This document shows positions 30,362 through 46,520 of a DNA stretch of 64,000 nt, piece after piece. Origin of the DNA: Eledone cirrhosa (Eukaryota); NCBI GenBank assembly GCA_964016885.1, contig OZ024758.1, positions 18,352,001 to 18,416,000 of the forward strand, given 5' to 3'. Both the position numbers and the translations under genes were made by a program. Under the pieces are notes generated by a model. That model was not told where the DNA came from. It saw only the letters and a program-made list of their open reading frames with translations, and made no database searches. Every line of letters starts with the position of its first letter. The first letter of the stretch is position 1.

Positions 30362-30467
30362 GTGTGTATGTATGTGCGTATGTGTGAGTGTGTGGCAGAG
30401 AGAGAGTGTCTGTGTGTTGTCACGTGTGAGCATGTGTATTTGTATACATGCACACACACACGGACAT

Positions 30468-30517
<50 letters not shown>

Positions 30518-31343
30518 CACCACCCCACTCTCCAGAGCGTGAAATTAATAAACATTCGTCGTACTGCCTCTCTGTATTGTTCCTGTTCAAATTTTTCCAT
30601 TATATATATATATATGTGTGAGTGTGTGTGTACTGTAGGCTAAAGGAAAATTGCCTAAAGTCTATTCAAAAGTTATCAACACGCAGGTGTCAAATGCCCT
30701 ACCAGTGGATAGCTAGCGTAAGCTAAGCTGCACGCTGTATAAAATCAATGCTAATGTCATTAGTGATACAAACATCAAATCTGATGCATTTCTTAAAGAT
30801 TTTCATTCTACAAAACATCGACAAGATGTTTGATAAGGAAAGTGGAAAGCAAATTCAATATGCACAATATTATTAGATGATTACAACAAATGAATTGATC
30901 TTTATGTTTGAAATCTAATTGAAAAGGATTTATTGTTTCGGGTAAAATAATATCTTTTTAGAGCGATTATTCTTATTTAAAGTAATAATCACAACGTCAA
31001 TTTTTAACGCTTTAATTTGTTGAGAAATTAATCATATTAGAAATTGGAAATTAATTATGATTTCCTTTTTTAAGATATTAAATAGGACCAACAAATGTAT
31101 AACAAAGTGTTTTTGTTTTACACGGGTTATTTTTAGATTAGTATTGTAATGTGATACTTTCCGATCCTTTAAATTGCCGCTGGTTTACACATCTGACAAA
31201 ATTATGTCTGCTATTCCGTATGCATTGTTCTTCAGCACTATATATAGTTTTCTCTGCCGTTTAAGCGTATCTTACGATTGTCTTTGCATTTAGTTTATCA
31301 ACAAGCTATGCGACTAGGGTTGACACATTGCCATTATTTTTAA

Positions 31344-31545
31344 CCCTTTAGCATTTAAACCGGCCATATATGGCCAGAATTCTTTCAACTCTTTTTGTTT
31401 AATCCAGCAATAACCGGTCCCTCATACTTATGTTAAGGTATTGTTCTCAAAATATATAACATCCACCACTTGTAGATTCCATATTATGTGAGTTAAAGCC
31501 TATACTATGAAAAGGCAATAGTATATATAGAGTAATGTAGATGGG
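31344..31545. mobile_element. piggyBac-like MITE with TTAA target-site duplication
   Basis: TTAA(31340-43)|CCCTTT ... GGG|TTAA(31546-49). Confidence 0.7.
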
Positions 31546-31679
31546 TTAAGGAGACAGTATCCCTTTTAAAGCCATGCGCCTAATATAACCATTATATGGG
31601 GGCTGGGAGGGGTAGGTTTTTTAGCACGTTTGGCATCAATAAAGGAATAGAACAGCGTACAAAATAATATATGTATGTA

Positions 31680-32390
31680 TCGTCCCATAACTTCTGATAG
31701 CTAATTTGGAGCGCTATATTTATATACGGCGTTGTATGGGTATTTTAAGCCTGGCGGAGCCGATCCTCTTCCAGACCTCAGTACATGAGATTTTTCCCAC
31801 AGAAAGATAGCAAGTCAGAGAGAGAAAATAAGAAAGTGATATAGAGGAAGAATCGACTGGTTGTGCCTAAAGTAGAAACAATTATATTTGTATGAATGTA
31901 TGGTCCCGTAAATCCCCATATAGTTGTAGTGACGCCGTATTGACATATGGGGTTTCTTGGTGTTTATTGGGCATATTTAAATCTGGAGGAGCCTATCCCT
32001 CTCCAGGACTAAGTACAATAGATTTCTCCCAGAGAAAGATAGAAAGTAAGAGAAGGGAAATGAGAAAGAGATATGGATGAATAATCGCCTCCAGTACTTG
32101 ACTGGTACATTTTGTATCGACATTGAAAGTATAAAATCAAGTTGACCTCTCAAGACCTTAGTACATCAGATTTCTTCCAGAGAGAGACAGAAAGAAATAT
32201 ATAAACATAGATAGAGAGAGGTGGAGAGGGAGAGGAAATAGGAAAGAGATACAAACGAAGAATTGACTTAGTATAAACTGGTATTTTTTTTATAGATGAA
32301 AGGCAAAGTTGACCTCGGAGGGATTGAACTCAGCCAGAACGAATACGATAAAGCATGCTATCCAATGTTCTAACGACTCTGCCAATTTTC
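31680..32390 (-). mobile_element. Cluster of long-tailed SINE fragments
   Basis: Repeated cctggcggagcc..ctctccag..gatttc..agagaaagatag blocks; SINE head at about 32290-32387. Confidence 0.75.
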
Positions 32391-32677
32391 TCTTTTTCTT
32401 TACCACTTTCTGTTTTCTTTTCTCCGTTCTATATATGTATGTTTCTTTACTCATCTGTTTGTTCTATTATTTAGGAGGTATTTTTAAAAGTATTGAATTT
32501 AATTCTAGAACAGCCCTTTAACAACTTATTGTCACGTTTTCATTTTTCAGTTGCTTCCACTTCATTCCCTTTCCCCGCCAATACAGACACTCACAGATGT
32601 ATATATATATATATATAAATATATATATATGTATATATATATATATGTGTGTGTAGTTATATGCGTGTGTGTGTGTG

Positions 32678-32732
<55 letters not shown>

Positions 32733-32796
32733 CACATTATATATGAATATATGTGTGTATTTTATATATATATATATATATATAAAATACACACAC

Positions 32797-32834
<38 letters not shown>

Positions 32835-33276
32835 CTATTTCTCTCTTTCTCTATAGAAATGTGTGTGTCTGTGTGTTTGAGTGTGTGTGCGTGTGTGGTG
32901 TTTTTGTTTATCTGCGTATGTATGTTAACTTATTCTCCCTTATTAAATTTTGTAATTGGGGACAGTTTCAGTTTTTAAAATCTAGTTAGCCAAGCAATCA
33001 AAATAAGTGCAACGAATGGAATGAAGCACCATTTATGAAGAATCTTTACAATTATGGAGAATTTAGAAATGTATTATTTCATTTTCAGTCAGCTTAGTGA
33101 GGCAGAAACAAATTTACTATATATAGAAAGATAAGATGGGCAAATATATGGACGAAAGACAGTTCAGATATATAGACAATAGTTTGATACAGGTATAAAT
33201 AGACTTGCGTTTCCGCACTTAAATGTTAAATCCGATTGTGGTCGTAAATACACTGCCAGACACACAGACAACCCCC

Positions 33277-33312
<36 letters not shown>

Positions 33313-34247
33313 GTTGTCTTCGTCTGATAATGTATTTTCGACAACAATCAGATTTAATATATATATATATGTCCATTGACGTCTGGTGGTTCACCGCTGG
33401 ACAGAACTGGTCATTCCGTATAGATAACACACACACACACATACATACATACATACATACATACATACATACATACATACATACATACATACATACATAC
33501 ATACGACCGGAGGTGAGTCGTCGGGATCCTGAGTATTGAGTACTCTGATTATTATCCACCAGGTATTTTAGCACAACCTCTTTGTATATATAGATTATAT
33601 ATATATATATAATACATTATAAAGAAAGAAGAAACATTAGACATAAATTAAAAAAAATATAATATACATAAATTCCTTCATTCTCCTCAACTACCTAGTT
33701 TCGTGGCTACTTTGCAAAAACATTACATCATAGAGATGCAGTATTTTTGTGACGTTTGCCGACTTATCAAGAGAATACCTCAATAAGAGTTTCAAAACAC
33801 GTCCGTAGGACGCGAGATAGAATCCCGGAGGGGGAACTAATGACGTGATACAGCGGTCAAGAAACAGAGTTAAGCCTCTTACAACCAAGAAAAAAATACC
33901 ATAAAAGGCGGAGGGGGTATTTATGTCAAGGCCATAGACTAGTTGGCTAGGAGGGCGAGAAGTGTGGGTAGTGTAAGCTTTATATCAGCCACTACACTTT
34001 AGTGGTTACTCTACCGTAGGGAGTTATAAACAATACAAAGGAATACACAACCCCATGCGAATTCATACATATACATGCATATACCCACATATATCCCTGA
34101 AACTGTGTGGTGTCAACCTGAATAATAGGGACAAAATAATCTGAATGGATTAGATTGATTCAATATCAGAGCTAATACAATTCAGGGATATATGTGGGTA
34201 TATGGATGTATGGATTCGCATGTGTCTGTGTATTTCTTTGTATTGAT

Positions 34248-34312
<65 letters not shown>

Positions 34313-37300
34313 GTATGTGTGTGTGTGTGTGTGTGTGTGTCTGTATGTCTGTGTGTATGCGTGTGCGTATCTGTGTGCGCGGGCTTCCATAACGTATAAA
34401 AAAACAAACTTTTATATATATCACAATTTTCTAGTTTGATTGAAGCATTGTTGAAGAGGAAATGTAAATTTAAATAAGTTTAAAAAACATATAATGCATT
34501 CGAAAAGGTGCCAAGATAACGATAGAACCTTACCTCACCAAATTTAACTATCTCAAATATACGTTTCCTTTTTATATATTATCTAGGCTGTGGGCCATTA
34601 GGAATTTTTGAAAATGTAGGGATCCCAAACAGAATATATAGCCGCAACGAAAGACGACCGCTATAGCTTATAGCTCAGAAAATAGGGTAAAATCACCCTA
34701 GAGACGATTATTAAGTGCCGGCAGCTGTTCTAGGTTTAATTTCAAAGACACGATGTATAACTGTCGACTCACATTACCAACACATTTTGAGTTTGGAATT
34801 CCAATGACTTATTTGCATCAGACCATTGTATGCCAGGAATCCCCATACACCTATGTTTATGATTAAAACAATATTTGTATATCAGCTTTGTATGATATAT
34901 TCTGGATTCCACTAATACATTCTACTTACCTCACAGCCTAAACTGCGATAAATTTAAGTAACTCACTCCCTGGTGCATTCCTTCATTCAAGTTTATAATT
35001 ATTGACAATTTTGTATTTAATATAACATTTTGAATAACTCTAACATGTTATTTCTTTTCATTACGGGCAACGCTGTATTGATTAAACATTTATATTAAAT
35101 ATAAGATACCCTTCGCATTATTATATGAGTTTGCACTCGTTAACTTAAATTGTTTGTCGTGGAAGACAGTGGTCTAAAGAAGATAAAAGAGCAGACGATT
35201 CCTTCTCAATTATATTGATCTTCTGTCAAGATGTGAAATAACATAGACATTGTATCTGATGTCATAATATGATATTTAAATTACATTCACGTTTAAGGAG
35301 AATCCATATATATACAAACAGAATAATGATATGTTCAGTAATATCATTCTATATCAAATGTGTATGTCAATATTGCTATCTACTTTAATTTCAAATGACA
35401 TTATGGTTAGCATCCGGTATATTTAATTTGTAGAATAATTCAAATAAAGAATACATGTCTGTGTGTGTGTCTGTCTATGTGTATTGATGTCATTTTAAGT
35501 GTATAGCAGATGTGTATGTTGTGTCGTTCTTGGTAGCGGACTAGCATGTATCCTGGTAGATGCTGCATGATTGTCTAATCGGTGACAAAACCAGCAATTC
35601 TATTAAGTCTGTTTTCTGAAGAAGGGGGCTTGTGGGTAAACTTCGGGGTGGGAAACAAACACGATAAACGCCAGATGAACTCATGAGTCACGCTTTTCGA
35701 ACAACATGTGTATTTAAAAGTGTGTCCCTATAAACATTCATCCGTGGGTACATTTTGCTCCTGCATATTTTTGTAAATTTTAGATCAATCCCATCAAGCA
35801 CAATCAGAACAGTGATTATTTGAAGTCACAAACAGAATGCCGATATTTCGTTGCAAGAATGTGAGTATCGTCTGCATTTAAGACAGTATAATACCATAAC
35901 ATCTGTAGTTTCACACGCAGAAGAGGTACCGAAGCTGGGAACTCTCGAACATTTAGAGCCACTGATGCTGCTGCGAACTACTTTCAATGGTTGTCTGTGT
36001 CTGGGAGTAAGTTATTTTCCTGCAAACTACATCAAAATAGATATGCTTTAACTAGAATATGTATATGTTTTCTCATATTATATTGGAATGTAACCATAAA
36101 ACACGAAATATCTCAACATATAAAAACACCAATCTTTTATATAAAGGAAGACATATCAAAATGATGAAATATATTGCCTGACAGATTGCATATTACAGTA
36201 GTTACAACAATATGTATATGGATAATGATTTCTAAAAATAATGATTTATAGTAAAAAAGCATATTTACTTTACTAAAACAAGAGAAGACAATCAACGAAT
36301 GTAGAAACCATTTTAACTAGTCTGCAGTTAGAGTTTCCATAATGTCTTACTACCAGATTTATTATTGCTATTTTATTAGTAGTCTCACAAAGCATAGCTT
36401 TATGCAAATCAAATATTTTTCACAGAGATAATTCTAAATTATAGTAGAAAAATCTCGCAATTAAATTTCTACAAAAATGGGTGAGTATGAATACATTTAA
36501 GTGCCTGATAAATAAGTGTCTAAAACAAAGTAAACAAATTTTTTATTAACTTCCTTTTAGTATTGTACATTTTTAATTTTCTTGAAGAAATATATGAGAA
36601 TAATTGATAGAAAAGATTAGTAAGATGTCATATTAACTTCAGAAAGAAATATCACTCAGATAAAAACAATTATGTATAAAAGAAAGTGACGTAAAGTTGA
36701 ATGCTTTATGAGGTTTTAATTATATTCTCCCTACAGTTATTCCGATAATAGTTATATTAAAGTTTTGTCTCTGAAATACCATTATGGATAAAAAAGTATT
36801 ATTTTGAATCTTTTCTAGATATAAATATGATTTATGAATAATATATGTACAGCCGGAATTATTTTTGTAGATACTGTGTGAACGTTCAGAGGTGTTTTCT
36901 AAGAATCTTTTCTACTTTCGTTTTTTTTTGTACTTGTATATATTTCCGACAAAATGCAGGATATTGTCAGAAGCTACTTACGTATGAGAGATTTCGAAAT
37001 AGTGGAAACATTTCACATAATAGGCATAAATGAAGGGATTGATTTTAGTATACTGGATGAAAAGTGAAAGAGAGAGAGAAAGAGGGAGAGAGAATATAAA
37101 TGAACAGCTATCAATAGCAGCATCAGTTTGAACTCAATATTTGAGACAACTTAATAATTTAAACCCGCACTCCCGCCTTCACAAAAAACCGAATTCTCAA
37201 TAGGTAGATGAACTCAATCCATTTTTGACATTTCGTTTTCCTGATTTGATTTGATTCTCTATCATAAGTGTTATTGTATTTATTCTGTTACCTCCAGTAA

Positions 37301-37344
37301 GCCTTATCCTCGCTCATCAGTCTACATTTATATGTGTGTATGGT

Positions 37345-37668
37345 CGCGTAACTCCTGACAGTCGTAGGGGCGCCGTATTGACATACGGCGTAGATTGGGC
37401 AGTTTAAGGCTGGCGTGGTCCTTCCCCCAGCAGGCCTTCGTAAAACAGATTTCTTCCAGAGAAAAATAGAAAGTGAGAGAGAGGAAATGAGAAAGAGATA
37501 TTAAGGAAAAATCGACCGCAGTAATAGACTGGTACATTTTTTTATCGATCTCGAAAGGATGAAAAGCAAAGTTGATCTCGGTGGGATTTGAACTCTGAGA
37601 GCAGCGAGCCGGAACGATTACCATATTATTTTATCCGACGTTCTAACAACTCTGCCAATTCGCCGCCT
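37345..37668 (-). mobile_element. Long-tailed SINE
   Basis: Core gaaaggatgaaaagcaaagttgatctcggtgggatttgaactc; head ctgccaattcgccgcc. Confidence 0.85.
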
Positions 37669-37929
37669 ATATTATGTATATTTATGTTTATATATTCTCG
37701 TCTTGATATAGAATGGAAATCCTCATTACATGTCTTGTTCTATAACATGAACCATGTAGAGAATAAGAAAAGAGAGCAGTAAGAAATATGTGAGTGTTTT
37801 TCCTGGAGAATTACTCGACAGAGACGTTTGAGAGCTTGCATAATTTCGCAAAGTTGAAAATTCTGTTTCAGAGCCCCTCCGTTGTCCTTTGTATTAGATA
37901 GATGAAAACAATAATTGTATATTCTACAC

Positions 37930-37965
<36 letters not shown>

Positions 37966-38499
37966 GATAAATCTATCTATATATATATATATATATATAA
38001 ATCTTATATATATATATATATATATATATGTATTCTATGTATTCTATGACTTCTCTTTATTTTCTCGCCGACAATATAGTATAAGGCGTGTAAAAGCCCT
38101 AGAAAAATCTTATATCAATATGGCGTCCTTAAGACTCCCTCAGCAGTTGCGAGAGAAAATATGGAAGAAAGGAAGCGTATATTTATTACCATCCTCGGTC
38201 ATTGTATTCTTTTCCATCGATACATATTTGACTTTTTCAACGCTATTATTTTAGTTTTATTACGAGCACAATTATTTTCACTATTTAAAAAAAAAATGAA
38301 ATAAGTTGTTTTCGGTAAATTATATAGATAGTAGGTATATGGACTAATTTTAGCATATTACATACGTCCGGGTGCCTTATAACCAAAACGATATCTGATG
38401 CTCCATTATACAGAAAACATTGATTAGTTCAAGGAATGAACGAAGGAATTATAGAAACGATTCTTTTTACTGAAACATTTTTCACACTATCAGTAACAA

Positions 38500-38675
38500 A
38501 ATAATTGTTTCTACTATTGGCACAAGGCCGCATTACTGGTATTTTATTTCGACCCCATGAGGATGAAAGGCAAAGTTAACCTTTGTGGGATTTGAACTCA
38601 TAATGGCAAGGGACGTAACTCTATGCGTCAAAGCATGGCGTCCGACCCTCTACCGATACTGCCAATCCACCGCCA
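38500..38675 (-). mobile_element. tRNA-derived SINE
   Basis: Matches family consensus. Confidence 0.85.
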
Positions 38676-39434
38676 CTCATCCATCAGTAACATAATAATA
38701 TTACGTAAAGCAAAAGTGGCTATATCTAACAAACAATTAATTATAAAAGTTAGCATTCATTTTTAAATTCGTTTTTATTCCAAGAATAATTAATAATAAT
38801 AATAATGTTTAATAATAATAATAATAATGGCTGAGAAAAGAAATGCTTTTCCATACAAGGTAGTCATCATCAACATCATCATCGTCTATTCGCAATAGAC
38901 ATTACAGTCGACGTAAAACATAGTGATTTAGTTGAAATTTCGAATGAAATTTTGTGTTTTTTTTAGAAAAGTAAAGCAAAAACGCTTAGTTGTACAGTTG
39001 GCTTTAAACATAGTAGTGTATGGAGGTGAAAACAGAACGGAATATGATTTACAGTATGTTTAGCTTCGCTTACATTCTCTATTTGCTTTGCTTTGTCAGT
39101 TTACATTTAAAACAAGACACAATATCTATACAAATGTGTTGCATATCTAACTATATATTTTAAACTTACATAACAATGTGCTAGTTAAGGAGTCATATTA
39201 CTGTGTTCTTTTGTAGTTTTGAAAACCAAGATGCTGAATTTAACAATTCTCTTTTCGAAGTACCTATTGTTTATCTGGCAATAGATATGATTGCATTACA
39301 AACAGCGATTTAAATAATTTTCCATTAAATATGCAGAGGTCTAGATGTAGACTCACATGCATAAACATCCCACCTTCCTACATTTCTCTCCCCATACATA
39401 CAAACATGCATACACACACACACGCACACACGCA

Positions 39435-39469
<35 letters not shown>

Positions 39470-39472
<3 letters not shown>

Positions 39473-39655
39473 TGTCCCTACTTTTGGCACAAGGCCAGCA
39501 ATTTTCCAAGTGTATTACTGGTACTTTATTTTATCGACACCTCAAGGATGAAAGGCAAAGTTAACCAAGGTGGGATTTGAACTCAGACCGTAAACAGTCG
39601 TAACTATGCTGCAAAGCATGGCGTCCGACCGTCTACCGATACTGACAATCCACCA
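39470..39655 (-). mobile_element. tRNA-derived SINE
   Basis: Matches family consensus. Confidence 0.85.
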
Positions 39656-40309
39656 GTGTATATAATGTGTATACATATAATGAAGAGAATTTGTTAAAAT
39701 ATGTAATTTTCTCATTTGGCTAATGTTTTGAATATAACCAAACAAACTCTCTTGCATTTAATTATGAAGGAATGTGCTTAGATAAATATAAGCTCTAGAA
39801 AATATCATCTGAAAATATATATCGATTTACATCATAAACCAGGGATGAGTTCGATTATAAGACATTGTGCAATATCAGTTCCCAATATTTGCTTTCAACA
39901 ACTGTCAGTTGTGACAGTCGTTATTAAAATTACAAAAACTGGTACTAGGCACGAACGATGCGGAGAAAATTACCGTCACCATTTAAACATGAAAATTAAC
40001 AATGTATTATTATTTTAAATTATGTATTTATATATTGTACCATTTATCAATTAATTGCACATTCATCAATTATTGTTTTACGAAATTCAATATATTTTAT
40101 TATATTTTCGTTTGGATGCGAATCCTTAAAATTTCTTATTAGATTGAAATAGAAAACAACCATTAATATATTCCATAATTCAATTATCGCTATGTCTTAC
40201 TTTTCTAATTATTTATCCAATATTATCGGCATAAACTGTTGAAAGGCGTTCTTCTATAATTAATTTGACGCGTTTTATTTTAGCTACATCAAATTACTAC
40301 TGCTAATAA

Positions 40310-40524
40310 TTATTTCTAGTATAGGCACAAGGCCAGTAATTTTGGGGTAGGGGAAAGTCGATTAATTCGACCCAGTACCTTACTGGTGCTTTATTTTATC
40401 GACCCCGTGAGGATGAAAGGCAAAGTTAACCTCGGCGGGATTTGAACTCAGACTGTAAAGGACCGTACCTCGAAGCTGCAAAGCATGTTGTCCGACCATC
40501 TTCTGATACTGACAATCCACCGCC

Positions 40525-40569
<45 letters not shown>

Positions 40570-41160
40570 ATAATAATAATAATAATAATAATAATTGTAT
40601 CTACTTTTGGCACAAGGCCAGCAATAAACCAGTGTATTACTGGTACTTTATTTTATCGACCCTGTAAGGATGAAAGGCAAAGTTAACCTCGGCGGGATTT
40701 GAACTCATAATGGAAAGGGCTGTAACCATTTGCGTTAAAGCATGGCGTCCGACCCTCTACCGATTACTGCCAATCGACCCCGTTAGGATGAAAGGCAAAG
40801 TTAACCTCGACGTGATTTGATCTCAGACCGTAAAGGGACGTAACTATGATAGAAAAACATGGCGTCCAACCCTCTACCGACACTGCCAATGAACGCCTTC
40901 TAGTATAGGAACAAGGTTAGTTATTTCAGGGGAGGGGAACATTCATTAAATGGAACCCAGTACGTTATTGGTGCTTTATTGTGTCGACACCGTAAGGGTG
41001 AAAAGCAAATTAACATCGGCCGAATTTGAACTCAGAACGTGTTGTACAACGCCTATACCCGTACGTCTTTGATAAAATAAAGTAGCAATCACCCACTGGG
41101 GTAGATTTAATCTACGTTTCCCCTCTACTCAAATTGCTGGCCTTGTGCCTATAGTAGAAA
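40310..41160. mobile_element. Cluster of about 5 SINE copies or fragments (4 minus, 1 plus) with (CTA)n/(TAA)n spacer
   Basis: ggatgaaaggcaaagttaacctcg-like core recurs at about 40411, 40668, 40786 and 40996; plus-strand tail ggccttgtgcctatagtagaaa at about 41140. Confidence 0.85.
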
Positions 41161-42244
41161 TCTTTAGCTCTTATTTTTGTTGCTGCTGTTGTTTCTGTTG
41201 TTATTCCTCTCTTTACATATCGTACATTTTAAGTTCCGTCCCTCACCAACAGAGAATGGTAACTCTACTGTATCACTACTATTGTCTAGCTAGTAAAGTT
41301 TGTGGTCAAGATTTTATAAAACTTTAATGATGTTACACCATGTTAAATATATTTCTGTTAAAATCTTTATTTCTTTGTCTAGAATATCATTAACTATAGC
41401 CAGATATTTATAGCCGACATCTTTTGAATGACCAATGCATTTTCTAGGCTGTTCTTGAATGCCAGCACATGTCTTTCTCATACAACACTTCGACTTCGAA
41501 TTAATTATAACACATGATGTTACTCATTATCCCGGCAACTAGAGCAATTAGTCAATACAATGGTGTCAATTTGATTTCCTGACTTAGCAAGCAGCTTCAG
41601 ATTATCCATAATCATAAAGTGGTTAATCACTGGGAATACTTTTCTATGACTGCCTCACGTAATAGTTATAATGGTATAAATTATAAGCAAAGGGAAATAC
41701 AAACATGTTTTTACAAGAGACTCCGGTTAAGGTAGGCAGGTGAAATCAGCTGACTCTCATCCGGTGATGAATGTGTTAGTTTATTGCAAACCGCTGACAT
41801 CAATTATATTTTATAAAAGGTGGAACAGAGATTTGAGAATCACGTGGCTTCACAAGACTACCAGGCCTACCACCCTCTAAAAATCCAAACGGAAAGCGCC
41901 ATGAGACAATGGGCCTCCAAACGGGGATAAATGAGGCAAAATGGGGAGATTTTACTTAATGAAAGCTATAACCATTTTCATAAGAGAGACAACTGTCAAC
42001 CTCCCCCAAGTGGATAGGAAATCTACCCGAAGGTCGGGAGAGTTGACCGGTCTGGAACCCCATTAATTATGCAAGGGCAGCCTGTGGACAGAAACAGGGA
42101 TTAGACATTGCTTTTCATGATTTAAAAAATGAAATATATCTATCTATTCAAAAAATATTTATATTCCTTTGTAATTTAGTCATCAGAATGTCCAGAATGT
42201 CAATTCAGATTTAAGATGAATTAACATTGTATGATTGAAATCTA

Positions 42245-42315
<71 letters not shown>

Positions 42316-42733
42316 GCATTTAGGTTTGTTGGTTCACCACTGGATAGAACTGGTCATTCCGCATGGTCAACCTCGATGTAATATTAGGGAGAGCACTCGA
42401 CGTAATGCAACTCGCCCGTCTTCGTTTGTGCTGTTGGTGGTGCGAGTACGGAGTTAATTATTATAAAATAACAGGAGGCTGGACTGGTGTAATTGCTTAA
42501 AGGTCTATCATACTACTTGAAGGTGGCCGACCGCATTAGAAACTGCTAAATGTTTGGCCGCTTTCGTGTCTCTCTGCCTTTTCAGCCCCATGGATTGTGT
42601 CTATTATATTCCTTTGTTAAATTTCGAATACACGATGATGTCATCGGATTCATACTGAACCCGGTCATTGAAATGTTCATAGTATAATAAAGATTTAAGG
42701 AATTACACGAGTCCAGTCTCCTCTTATTGTGTA

Positions 42734-42735
<2 letters not shown>
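42316..42735. repeat. (TA)n-associated dispersed repeat with an internal inverted repeat
   Basis: ggttcacc.ctgga.agaactggtcattccg also at 33388 and about 54070; ggaggctggactggtgtaatt / aattacacgagtccagtctcc. Confidence 0.6.
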
Positions 42736-42769
<34 letters not shown>

Positions 42770-44326
42770 ATATAATGACCGGAAAAACTCATAAGCGTCA
42801 ATGGCCATCAAAAAGTCTGTAAATATGTAGATAAACATGTACATATGTATGTATATGCGTGGCGACATTTAAATAGTGGGGCTTGACATCCGATTGCACG
42901 GTTAAAGCACTGGGAGTGAAGGACTCCTAGCCCTTGTCAGGGCACTCTTCTAGGAGAAGGCAACTCAGGAAACTGGGATAACTCCGATATAAAACCTGCG
43001 GCTCAGTAGTTACCGATGATGTTCATCTTTTCTTCTTTTCGGGTTATAGCTACTGTCGCTCTGAGAGTGGGATTGGCTCATTGCACAGTATTTCCTCACT
43101 TTAAAAAATATCTTCACGCACAGGCATTGCACGATAGAATTAATTAATAATGGTATATCGTGGAACGGCCATACTCGATAACTAGGGGGCAGCCATCATG
43201 TATATATATATATATGGGGGCAGCCATCATGTATATATATGGGGTCAGTAGACTAGAGGTGATTGTGATAGCATAATACCCTCAAAGTGAATATGAGTAA
43301 CTGAGAGATGTATCTTCCATTTTGGATACCGTAATCTGTCTGCCAACATATTACTAGTATATACTTCTTTACTACATAATCTGCATTAATATAGGGAAAT
43401 AATATTCTAGTCTTACCAATATGATTATGTAGAAATTTTGCAGCATGAAGGCTAGCACATAAAAACTTAACATGTGTCTGTAGAAACGAATTCTTATGAG
43501 AATTATTTTCAAGTTTAAAGGAACAACGCACCAGACGTACAGCAGAGTGAAAATTATTATTACGTTGAGAAATGTTTATGACTTAAGAAAGCAGATTTAA
43601 ATATAGAGTGAATAATTATCGCTGAAACCGATTCCAAAATAAGTAGTGAGCTGATATCTTCTACACCTATTACTAACATAACTATTTAAATAGCATTACT
43701 TATATGAGTAGACATCGAAACCTTAACAAAAGATCACATGTTTTGATAAACTCATTCACAGTGGTGCCACCTTATGATGCTGGCAATAATCATGATTCAC
43801 AAAATGAAAGTGTTATAGAATAGGCTTCAAGCGTTTCGCAGAAAATCTTTGATGGTATTTGGTCTAATTACTTTAAAGTAAATAATTGAATTCATTACGT
43901 TAACTCATTTTCTCAGCTAACTAGAGGCTACACTTATATCAACACCAATTTGCATTACAATATATAAATACATACTGATATGATGCAGTAGTTTAAAGGT
44001 GACTCAGAATTTTAACCAAAACTATATAGTCTGTTTCCTCCACATTCATTCACATATAAACAGATACATACACCTGTATACAAAATGTGTAGATATATAT
44101 GTGTATATAAATACATATACACATTTCGTATATTAGTGTTGCGACTGGACAAAGGCCGGTCATTATCACAGTCCATGTTACTGATAGTTCACGTTTTACG
44201 GTAGATGAAGTAGGGCAATTCAAACTGTAGTGTCTTGCTCAATCACACACTGGACGGCAAACTATTTAATTTGAGCTCGTGAATTCAAGCCACACACCCT
44301 AGGACGCCTAATTCCACTCACATATG

Positions 44327-44486
<160 letters not shown>

Positions 44487-44501
44487 AATATATATATAAA
44501 T

Positions 44502-44534
<33 letters not shown>

Positions 44535-44538
44535 AATA

Positions 44539-44609
<71 letters not shown>

Positions 44610-44657
44610 ATTTATATTTATATATATATATATATTTATGAATTGAATATATATATA

Positions 44658-44732
<75 letters not shown>

Positions 44733-44838
44733 CTAAGAATAATGAGTTCTATACTCAAGCAGTCCTTTACAATGAAATAGCTCAAAGAAAGAAGTATTTC
44801 TGAGCCGTGTAATATAATTATATATATATATATATATA

Positions 44839-44951
<113 letters not shown>

Positions 44952-45812
44952 AATTATATGTGTCTGTGGGGCTGTGATCCGGGCGACCACAAAACAGAGT
45001 AGTAATCTATGCATGGGAAGAAGTATTCGTATTTTTATTTTCCTATATATATATATATGTATGTGTAGATGAAGAGAGAGAGAGAGATTGAAATATAAAG
45101 GGGTAGACTAAAGATAGATAGATAGATAGACATGTAAATAAGTGTGTATGTGAGGGGATATATACATACACGATCTGCAGCTAAGCTGAATACTATACAC
45201 TTTATTTGGTAACATATATTCATAATCTTCTAGAAATTCAATTGTGTCTCCACGTATTTTGTATAGACTTCTCTATTTCTGTACATAACTTACTGTTATC
45301 TTTCTAATTTAATATTATGTCACGTTTTCTATAAATTAAGGTATACCTTTTATATTATACACAGTAATTTCAGAAAGAAGAGACCACCAGGACAACTGAT
45401 GTTCACTGTTATGTTGCTAATAAATTCTAGTGAAATTTTATGTTGAACGCATAATCTTGCATATATTTATGTATTTGTATATCGGATATCTGAAACTGTG
45501 AACAATAGATAGGTCACTTATAGATGTTACACAGACCAATCACTGCTTCATACTATTTCAAATGACGAAACGCAGAGAGACAAATACAGAGGGGTGTTTC
45601 TTAGTCGACGACTCCGGTTTTCTATGTCTTTTCTGCGGTTTACATGGTGCACACGCAACCCCTGTATATAGGGAGTTTAACGAAAGTGTGGACTCTAAGC
45701 TGCTGCGCTTGCATTTTAATAATACGAATTTACTTCTGTATTAAGTGAGGAAACAGCTGAAGCTACGTCCATTCTATTCCACTTGCTTCGTCACCTAATC
45801 GGATGTATATAT

Positions 45813-46202
<390 letters not shown>

Positions 46203-46351
46203 GGGGGAGTACGTATAACGTAAATAGAGGCAAGACTACAATTCATCTCAGTAATCCAGACTTAGTAATCCCCATATAGCAGGGTAGAATGATTTACTAT
46301 TAACACCACCAACACCACTACAACAACTATTACTAATGATAATGATAATAT

Positions 46352-46520
46352 TAATTGTTTCTACTTTTGGCACAAGGCCAGTAATTATCCCAGTGCATTG
46401 CTGGTAATTTATTTTATCGACCCCGTAAGGATGAAAGGCAAAGTTAAGCTCAGAATGGCAAGGGCCATAACTCTATGCGTCAAAGCATGGCGTCCGGCTC
46501 TCTACCGATACTGCCCATCC
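46352..46520 (-). mobile_element. tRNA-derived SINE with an internal deletion
   Basis: Matches family consensus. Confidence 0.8.

Noticed and set aside
35784-36012. Possible host exon(s): tttag acceptor at 35783, GTGAGT and GTAAGT donors, ORF 35851-36051
   Set aside because: No recognisable protein and no partner exons; would need RNA-seq support
42523-42590. Minus-strand CTGAAAA..GAAAgcggcc motif
   Set aside because: Core G8 missing and stems ambiguous
42875-43140. GC-richer block resembling an RTE-type 5' UTR or HDV-like ribozyme
   Set aside because: Could not build the nested double pseudoknot; single copy in this window
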